From Mycoplasma mobile 163K (lineage in GTDB: Bacteria > Bacillota_I > Bacilli_A > Mycoplasmatales > Metamycoplasmataceae), in NCBI RefSeq assembly GCF_000008365.1, contig NC_006908.1, forward strand, positions 690,001 through 722,000: a DNA stretch of 32,000 bases, read 5' to 3'. The position numbers were made by a program, and so were the translations under genes. The notes beneath the pieces were generated by a model. It was not told the DNA's origin. It was given only the letters and a program-made list of their open reading frames with translations, and searched no databases. This document shows positions 10,964 to 18,162 of this stretch, piece after piece (the stretch's first letter is position 1; each line of letters starts with the position of its first letter).

Positions 10964-12703
10964 TTAAGCTTTTTTATAATCTAAATTTTTTAAGAAGTTT
11001 TCAATAGTTGAAGTTGTTGTGCTTTCTTCTCCATAAGCTCTGATTGTAATTGTTTTTGTTTTAGCTTCTTCTTCTCCAATTACAAAAATATATTTAGTTT
11101 TTGAAATTTGAGCTTCTCTAATTTTTTTGCTTAGTCTTTCATCTCTATTGTCAAAATAAACGTGAAATTTTTTAGATTTTAAAGTTTTATAAACAGAATC
11201 GGCATATTCAATTTGCATTTTATCATTTGGATTAACAACAGCTATTGCAAATTGTTTTGGAGCTAACCAAAAAGGAAAAACACCTTTGTTTTGTTCTAAA
11301 AGAATAGATAAAAATCTTTCATATGTCCCGATTAAACCTCGATGAATTAAAACAGGTTTTTCACGCTCATTATTTTCATTAACATATGACATATCAAATT
11401 TTTCTGGAAGTAAAAAATCCAATTGCAATGTTGACATTGTGATTTCATGGTTTAAAACTGTTCTAACTTGAAAATCTATTTTCGGTCCATAAAAAGCTGC
11501 TTCGCCAATCATTTCTTTATACTCAATTTTTAATTCTTTTAATACAGTTTCCAGATCTTTTTCTGCTGTTTCTCATAATTTATCATCTTGATAAAATTTT
11601 TCTTTATCTTTAGGGTCACGTCTTGAAAATGAAACATAATCAATTTTAATTCCAAAAATACTTAAAGCTTCGTTGATCATTTTGTATAAATGTTTAAATT
11701 CATCAACAATTTGACTTTTTCTTGCAAAAATATGACCTTCAGTCAATTGTAAGGCTCTAACTCTTTCAAAACCAGTTAATGCGCCTGATTTTTCATGCCT
11801 AAATAATCATGACTGCTCACTAAATCTTTTTGGCAAATCACGATAGCTATATAATCTTGAATTAAAAATTAAAATATGATGAGGGCAAGTCATTGGTCTT
11901 AAAATAAGATTTTCGTTTTCAACTTTAATTGGTGGATACATATCATCTTTGTAATGTGCTCAGTGACCACTTGTTTCATAAAGTTTTTGTTCACCTACAA
12001 TCGGAGTATGCACTTCATCAAAACCATACCTGTCATCAAGTTCCAAAACTGTTTTCATGATAGCGTTTTTAATTTTCATTCCATTTTCTAATCAAATAGG
12101 AAAACCTAAACCTGAAAGGGGGGAAAACATAAATAAATCTAGATTTTTTGCAATAGTTCTATGATCTCTTTCTTTTCTTTCTTTTAATAAATCTAAATAC
12201 TGATCTAATTCCTCTTGAGTTTCTCAAGCAGTACCATATATTCTTGTTAGTTGTTCTTTGTCACTATTTCCTCTTCAATAAGCTCCTGCAATTGAAAGCA
12301 ATTCAAAATGTTTTACTTCAGAAACATTTTGAATATGATTGCCCAAACAAAGATCATTGAAAATAATTTTGTTCAACCTTGGATCTTTAATTGCATAAAA
12401 AGTAACATTTTCTCCTTTTTGCTTTAATTCGTCATAAAGTTCTTTTTTAAAGGGTTTTTCGGAATTAAAAAAATCTTCTCCATGATGTTTTTCCAAAATG
12501 TAATTTTGCTTTGTAATTTTTTGCATTTCTTTTTTAATTTTTTTTAGATCTTCTTCTAATAGTGGTTTTTCAAATTTAAAATCATAATAAAAACCTTCAT
12601 CAATTGCAGGTCCGAACCCTAGCTTAGTATTTGGGAATAATTTCAAAACGGCCGTTGCTAATAAATGACTCGCTGTATGGTTCAATTGTTTGTTTGCTTT
12701 CAT
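10964..12703 (-). CDS. thrS: threonine--tRNA ligase (short form, no N-terminal TGS domain)
   Basis: 1740 nt = 580 codons joining ORFs 10964..11512 and 12275..12703 across TGA codons. N-terminus HTASHLLA (SAD/editing-type motif), class II core, anticodon-binding C-terminus. SD AAGGAG upstream. Confidence 0.95.
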
Positions 12704-12763
12704 TTTTACTTTTTAACTCCTTAAAGAATTTGTTAAAATTTTATTTATTTAACATTCAATATA

Positions 12764-12769
12764 ATTATA
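12764..12769 (-). promoter_or_regulatory. candidate -10 box (TATAAT) for thrS
   Basis: The minus strand reads TTGTATAATTAT about 60 nt upstream of the thrS ATG. The leader is too short for a T-box. Confidence 0.3.
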
Positions 12770-13021
12770 CAAATAAGAAAGTTTTATTGTAATTTAAATA
12801 TATATTAAATTTAAAAGTAAAAAATAGTCTCTAAAAGTATTTTTGATACTTTTTTAGAAAAATTTTAATTTTTGGAATTTAACTCTTATCTAGTGAATAG
12901 AATTTTAATTTTTCTCAAGATTTCCATTCTATTTTTATTAAAAAAAATGGCATTAAAAATTGTTTTAGAAATGGAATGAATATCATATTCATTAGGTATA
13001 AATAAAATAATGAGCACATAT

Positions 13022-13264
13022 TTAAAAAAGATTAAATGCTTTTATTTTGAATTGTTGGAAGGATTTTACCAAAGCTACATCTTTTTCAACATTTTCAAAT
13101 CTATTTTTAATTTTATCTAATCTTAAATTTATACTTTTTGAAAGATTTTCAATTGCATTTAAAATATTTTGATTTGATTTTGTAGATTCTTTTTGATAAA
13201 AACTTCTCCGTAATATATTTATAAGAATTACCTCATTAAAAATTTCTTCTAATTTTATAGACAC
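13022..13264 (-). pseudogene. degenerate paralog of the coiled-coil gene at 13275..13613
   Basis: Shares ...KLEEIFN...KSNQNILNAIENLSKSINLRLDKI.NR.E.VEKDV with the upstream copy, including a ~46-bp perfect DNA match. It lacks the N-terminal 15 codons and has single-base deletions that scramble NDGNSYKYIIEGVFIKKEA into NEVILINILRRSFYQKES. The C-terminus is also frameshifted (SFQQFKIKAFNLF* instead of LPTIQ...). The only possible start is GTG 13264. Confidence 0.45.
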
Positions 13265-13274
13265 AAAATTATAA

Positions 13275-13613
13275 CTAAATATTTTTAAATTTAAGTTCTT
13301 TTTGAATTGTAGGAAGTGATTTGATAAAAGCAACATCTGATTTTAAAATACTAACATCTTTTTCAACTTTTTCAAGTCTATTTTCAATTTTATCTAATCT
13401 TGTGTTTATACTTTTAGAAAGATTTTCAATTTTAGTATCAAAACTTTTAGAAAGATTTTCAATTGCATTTAAAATATTTTGATTTGATTTTGTAGCTTCT
13501 TTTTTGATAAAAACTCCTTCAATAATATATTTATAAGAATTACCATCATTAAAAATTTCTTCTAATTTTTGAATTTCTGATTTTCTTATTATTTCTAATA
13601 TTTTCTTTTTCAA
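13275..13613 (-). CDS. small coiled-coil protein (112 aa), unknown function, apparently the intact family member
   Basis: TTG start 13613 preceded by AAAGGAG. Heptad-like ENLSKSFDTKIENLSKSINTRLDKIENRLEKVEKDVSILKSDV. Contains a 33-bp internal tandem duplication (21-bp identical cores at 13410..13430 and 13443..13463). Stop TAG 13277..13275. Confidence 0.6.
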   Translation of the reverse strand: MKKKILEIIRKSEIQKLEEIFNDGNSYKYIIEGVFIKKEATKSNQNILNAIENLSKSFDTKIENLSKSINTRLDKIENRLEKVEKDVSILKSDVAFIKSLPTIQKELKFKNI

Positions 13614-14200
13614 TACTTCTCCTTTAATTTTATCTTTTTTGTATAAACTTTTTGAAAAGTTTCAATTTTTTATAGTTTTAAACTTTGTTATTGCAAATTT
13701 AATTCAAGTAAAAATTCTTATGCAATTAGGTAAAACTTACAATTATTCCTTTTTGTTATAGAAATTATTTTTAAAAAATATGGAATGTTCTTAATTTATT
13801 TTTAAAAGACAAATTGAACTTATTTTGTGATTTTTGCTAAGATTTCAATTATCTATTTTCAATAAATTTTTGCTTTAATAGTTTTAATTTCTTAAAATAT
13901 TTTTAAAAATTGATCATAATTTCAAAATTTTCATCTATTACTATATTTTCATAAACAATTATTTATTTTCCCTTTCAATTACAAATAACTTAAAATGAAT
14001 TTTCTCAATGAAAATAATTTTTGAAAATGAAATTTTGAATTTGAAATATTTATCATAGTGCAGATTTAAAATTAAAATGATAATTTACAATAAGTGAAAT
14101 TAGTTTATACACATAGTATTCATAAATTTTAAAGATCTGTTTCAAAAATATTTTAAGAAAAAAGTGATTATTTAACAAATCTTTAATCATATTTATATTA

Positions 14201-14240
14201 TTAAAAGTACTTAATTTTTTTACTAATTAAGTACTTTTAA
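14201..14240. terminator. 16-bp perfect hairpin (possible bidirectional terminator or orphan structure)
   Basis: TTAAAAGTACTTAATT (14201..14216) pairs with AATTAAGTACTTTTAA (14225..14240), 8-nt loop, followed by TTTTCTTTT. Lies just downstream (minus sense) of the coiled-coil remnant. Confidence 0.4.
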
Positions 14241-14253
14241 TTTTCTTTTAAGA

Positions 14254-14329
14254 CTAGATATTTTTAGCTTTGAGTTGTTTTTGAATTGTAGGAAGTAATT
14301 TTATCAAAGCTACATCTTTTCTTTTCCAT
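14254..14329 (-). pseudogene. deletion scar: a 13-nt gene start fused to the last ~63 nt of a coiled-coil family gene
   Basis: The minus strand reads ATGGAAAAGAAAA|GATGTAGCTTTGATAAAATTACTTCCTACAATTCAAAAACAACTCAAAGCTAAAAATATCTAG. The second part encodes DVALIKLLPTIQKQLKAKNI* (compare DVAFIKSLPTIQKELKFKNI* at 13275) but is out of frame with the ATG. Confidence 0.45.
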
Positions 14330-14351
14330 ATATTTTCCTACTTTCTTTGAT

Positions 14352-14780
14352 TTACTTTGATTTTTTAAATCCTTTAATAAATTTAAGAGCATTAAGTGTT
14401 GCGCCTTGATATTCCCCCGTAACTTTCAATGTAAAAGAACCATATTTATCTTGTGAATGAGCAATAGTTTCACCATCAATACTAATATTGAAAGTAACTC
14501 CTTTAATTGGTGGGGGTGTATCAAAGAAATCAGTAAGATTTTCATTTGTAATTTCTGAAGGTAATGTATTACTGATATCAATTTTTGAAACTAAAATTAG
14601 AGATCTAATTGTATCTAAAATAATTTGTCTTTTTCAAAGTACATCAGGACTAACACTTGTTACTGGATCAGTTGTGCTTATACTTGTACTTGTACTTGTA
14701 TTACCACAAGCTACAACAGCAACCATTGGAATTACAACCATTGTCGTTGCTCCTAAACTTAAAAATATTTTCTTTTTCAT
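14352..14780 (-). CDS. lipoprotein (142 aa) with a Lipoprotein_17-like surface domain; the only intact cassette (X)
   Basis: MKKKIFLSLGATTMVVIPMVAVVAC|GNTSTSTSIS: signal peptide plus lipobox Cys. Body ...TLPSEITNENLTDFF...GSFTLKVTGEYQ...IKGFKKSK* matches the pattern of mycoplasma lipoprotein-associated domains. One TGA=Trp. SD-like AAAGGAAAGAGAG upstream. Confidence 0.75.
14638..14688. repeat. inverted repeat IR1-left (partner 15083..15133)
   Basis: 51 bp with 2 mismatches to the reverse complement of 15083..15133. Encodes TSISTTDPVTS(V/A)SPDVL at the start of the mature lipoprotein. Confidence 0.85.
14682..14699. repeat. hexanucleotide microsatellite (ACAAGT)x3 on the coding strand (Thr-Ser repeats)
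   Basis: acttgt x3 perfect on the plus strand, plus a degenerate fourth unit. Sits exactly at the signal-peptide/mature-protein junction of cassette X. Cassette Z has one unit. Confidence 0.8.
14696..14780. repeat. inverted repeat IR2-left (signal-peptide module; partner 15440..15524)
   Basis: 85 bp with 7 mismatches by manual alignment to the reverse complement of 15440..15524. Confidence 0.8.
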
Positions 14781-14814
14781 ATATTTCTCTCTTTCCTTTG
14801 AGTTTTATAACTCA

Positions 14815-14820
14815 ATTATA
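14815..14820 (-). promoter_or_regulatory. candidate -10 box for lipoprotein cassette X
   Basis: The minus strand reads AAAATATAATTGAG, 35-40 nt upstream of ATG 14780. It lies inside the segment bounded by IR1. Confidence 0.25.
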
Positions 14821-15082
14821 TTTTCTAGTTGTTAGATGTATTTCTAACTAAGCAAGCAAAATAATTATAAAAGTATTTCTTTATTATAATTATTTTATCT
14901 AAACTTTTTTAATTTGAATAAAAAGTAAAAAATCGTTGTCTCACTCTTATAATTTTATCATTAAACTCATAAGAAAATAATATTAATTATTTTTGTTTTT
15001 ATTTTGAAAGAAAGTAATATTTTTTAAATTTTGATTTATTTTAGGAAAGCAAAATTGTTTCAATATTTTATTTTCTTTATCT

Positions 15083-15418
15083 ACAAGTATAAGTACAACT
15101 GATCCAGTAACAAGTGCTAGTCCTGATGTACTTGCAAAAAGAGGAGTAATTCTATCTGCAATTGATAAGGTAATTTTTAATCCAATAGGTGATTTTGCAA
15201 ATACCTTACCTTCTCAAGTTAATAATGAAACTTTAAATCAATTTATAAAAACACCAGATTCAATTAATGGAGTAAGTTTTATTGTCAGTATTGATGACGA
15301 AGCAATTAAAAGTTCAAGTGATAAACAAGGTGTATTAGTAATTAGAGTAAGTGGAACATTAGATGGTGTATAAAATCAAAGTATTATAACTATTGGTGGT
15401 TTTAAAAAATCAGAGTAA
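15083..15418 (+). pseudogene. 5'-truncated lipoprotein cassette Z (no start, no signal peptide; in-frame TAA 15371)
   Basis: Begins exactly at TSISTTDPVTSASPDVL..., continues ...TLPSQVNNETLNQFIKTPDSINGVSFIVSIDDEAIKSSSDKQGVLVIRVSGTLDGV*NQSIITIGGFKKSE*. Paralogous to X along its whole mature length. Opposite orientation to X. Confidence 0.65.
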
Positions 15419-15439
15419 ATCAAAGAAGGTAAGAGGATT

Positions 15440-15550
15440 ATGAAAAAGAAAATGTTTTTAGGTTTAGGAGCAACAACAATGGTTGCAATTCCGATGGTTG
15501 CTGTAGTTGCTTGTGGTAATACAATATTTAAATATTCTTTTAATTTTTAA
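15440..15550 (+). pseudogene. orphan lipoprotein signal-peptide module W (36 codons) lacking a mature domain
   Basis: MKKKMFLGLGATTMVAIPMVAVVACGNT then unrelated IFKYSFNF*. Has its own SD (AAGGTAAGAGG). Homology to X stops at GGTAATACAA. Confidence 0.55.
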
Positions 15551-15615
15551 ATAGTTTTTCAAAAGATTATTAATTAAATACAAAATTTTGCTAAATTACT
15601 CTAAAAATAAAATTT

Positions 15616-15655
15616 AAAAATACAAAATAGTCCAATAGGACTATTTTGTATTTTT
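15616..15655. terminator. strong bidirectional intrinsic terminator
   Basis: 18-bp perfect stem AAAAATACAAAATAGTCC / GGACTATTTTGTATTTTT, 4-nt loop, A/T runs on both sides. Overlaps the last codons of the thioredoxin-like gene. Confidence 0.7.
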
Positions 15656-15991
15656 AAGAGCCTCTTCGACTCATTCTACTAATAATTCTTTAGGAAAGTA
15701 TTCAAATCCTTTTCTAAAAATTTCATTATTTTTTAAGACAATGTGTGTAGGAATTCTTAAAACTTCTCATTTATTTCCTGTTACTTTTCATAGACCTGAT
15801 TCTTCAGCATCTACTCTTAAAAATTTTACTTTATCATTATTTTTAAAATGATCTACAAATTCTTCTACAACAGGCGCCATTGCTCTACAATCTCCACAAG
15901 TCTCTGTTGCAAATTCTAAGTAAATGACTCTATTGTGATTTTTTTCAATAAAATCTTGTGCATCTTTTCATTTGTAAGTTTGTAATGACAT
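15641..15991 (-). CDS. thioredoxin-fold protein with a CGDC active-site motif (116 aa)
   Basis: Minus-strand ATG 15991 to TAG 15643..15641, with four TGA=Trp codons. EFATETCGDCRAMAPVVEEF, then cis-Pro region RIPTHIVL. Missing from the ORF track because of the TGA codons. Confidence 0.7.
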
Positions 15992-16075
15992 ATTTTTTCC
16001 TTTATTTTTACTTTATATAAGTATAACTCTTAGCTTATATTATATCATTATATTTTTCATTCAATTAGAATTATA

Positions 16076-18055
16076 CTAATTTGCTTCTAATTCTAAAATA
16101 ATATCTCTTAGCTCTGCTGCTCTTTCAAAATTTAATTGTTTTGAAGCATCTAGCATTTGATTTCTTAAATCTTTTACTAATGCTTCTTTTTCTTTAATTG
16201 ATTTTTTTGTTTTTGAATGTGACATGAATGAAATTAAACTCTCATTTAATTTCTTATCTTCAATTGCTTCAGTTATTGGTTTAATAATTGTTTTTGGAAT
16301 AATGTTATGTTTTTTATTGTAATCCATTTGAATTTTTCGCTTGTCAAGATTATCATAAATAGTTTCTTCCATGCTTTTAGAAATATTATTTGCATAAAAA
16401 ATGACTCTACCATTAACATTTCTTGCTGCTCTACCCACAATTTGAATTAAAGATTTTTTACTTCTAAAAAATGACTCTTTATTTGCATCTAAAACCATAA
16501 TTAAACTAACTTCTGGTAAATCAATTCCTTCACGCAATAAATTAATTCCAATAACAGTATCATAAACTCCTTTTCTTAATTTTCTCAAAATTTCATTTCT
16601 TTCAAAAGTTGTGTAGTCTGAATGAATATATGCAACTTTTTCTTTTTTTTCTTGAAAATATCTTGTAAGTTCTTCGCTGACTTTTTTAGTTGTAGCTAAA
16701 ATAAGAGTTCTTTGCTTTTTAGCTTTTTGTTTTTGAATTTCATCAAACATATCTTCCACTTGATTTTGTTCTCTTCTTATTTCAATAAGTGGATCTAATA
16801 AACCTGTTGGTCTAATTATTTGTTTAACAATTTCACCATGTGCTTGATTAATTTCGTAATCTGAAGGAGTTGCTGAAATGTATATTTTTTGAAATTCATA
16901 TTTTTCAAATTCATGAAATTGCAAAGGACGATTATCAAGAGCTGAAGGAAGTCTAAATCCATAATTAACAAGGTTTAATTTTCTTGCTCTATCGCCATTA
17001 TACATTCCATTAAGTTGCGGTATCATCATATGACTTTCATCAATTATTAATAAAGCATCATTTGGTAAATAATCAAAAAGTGTAAAGGGTTGCTCTCCTT
17101 CTGCTCTACCATCTACATGACGAGAATAATTTTCAATTCCAGGACAAAAACCAAATTCTTCAAGTGATTCTAAATCATTTCTTGTTCTATCTTCTAATCT
17201 TTGTTTTTCAAGAAGTTTTCCTTCTTTTTCAAAATATTCTAATCTTTGATGTAATTCTTCTCTAATTCTTAAAACTGCTGCTTCAATTGTGCCTGTAGGA
17301 GCAGTGTATGCTGAAGCTGGAAAAATTAAATATTCTTTAAATTTTTCAATTGTGATTTTGTTATTAGAATCAATTGTTGAAATTTTTTCAATTTCATCTC
17401 CAAAAAATTCCACTCTTATATGAAAGCCTTTAGTTCAAGCAGGAATAATATCTACAAAATCCCCCTTTGCGTTAAAACTGCCTGGTTCGCTTGCAACATT
17501 ATTTCTTTTGTAACCCCTTTGAACTAGATCTAATAAAAATTCTTTTCTTGAAATTTTTTGAGCTATTGAAATATTATAAAAAGCACTTCAATATTCTTTT
17601 GGTTTTAAAGCTCCATAAATTGAAGCAACACTTGCCACAACGATAGTATCTCTTTTTGTAGAAATAGAGTTTAATGTTGACATTCTCATCTCTTCTAAAT
17701 CTCAATTAGATTTGGTAGTTTTATCAATATAAGTATCAGTATTTGGCATGTAAGCTTCGGGTCTATAGTAGTCAAAATAACTTACAAAATATTCAACTCG
17801 GTTATTTGGAAAAAAATCTTTTAATTCACTATAAAGTTGACTTGCTAAAGTTTTATTATGCGAAAGTAGTAAAACAGGTCGATTTGCTGCTTTTATTACA
17901 TTTGCAATTGTAAAAGTTTTTCCACTACCTGTTACTCCAAGTAAAACTTGAGATTTTTTATTTTGTTCTAAACCTTCAATTAATTCTTGAATTGCTCTTG
18001 GTTGATCACCTGTTGGTTTATATGTTGAAACTAATTCAAATCCTTTATTTTCCAT
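16076..18055 (-). CDS. uvrB: excinuclease ABC subunit B
   Basis: 1980 nt = 660 codons joining ORFs 16076..17413 and 17702..18055 across TGA codons. Walker [10 protein letters not shown], helicase motifs, C-terminal UVR motif FERAAELRD. Confidence 0.95.
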
Positions 18056-18162
18056 AATTTGAATTATACAAAAGTTTCTTTGTGAAAAATTTTAATGATT
18101 TACATTTTAGAAAATAACAATAATTTAACTTTTTCAAAATCATAAAAATATAGAATTAAATT

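Noticed and set aside
12704-13021. Possible T-box leader upstream of thrS
   Set aside because: The distance from the candidate -10 box to the ATG is only ~60 nt. There is no specifier, T-box or antiterminator-sized structure. The small hairpins at ~12831-12855 and ~12975-12995 look like terminators of the neighbouring minus-strand genes.
13265-13336. Extending the second coiled-coil ORF to the track's start at 13336 (MLLLSNHFLQFKKNLNLKIF...)
   Set aside because: That N-terminal extension is simply the out-of-frame 3' end of the upstream copy. Homology to the family starts only at ...KLEEIFN, so the long form is an artefact of a degraded gene.
14488-14851. ORF-track entries 14488..14835 (+) and 14657..14851 (+)
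   Set aside because: Both are antisense to the lipoprotein gene X, which has a clear signal peptide, lipobox and SD. Their translations are low-complexity (LVLVLVL, LYLYLY), derived from the reverse complement of the Thr-Ser repeat.
12700-15660. Mobile element (IS, ICE, prophage) as the explanation for the accessory islet
   Set aside because: No transposase, integrase, terminal inverted repeats of an IS, or phage structural genes could be recognised. The repeats present are gene-family paralogy within lipoprotein and coiled-coil genes.
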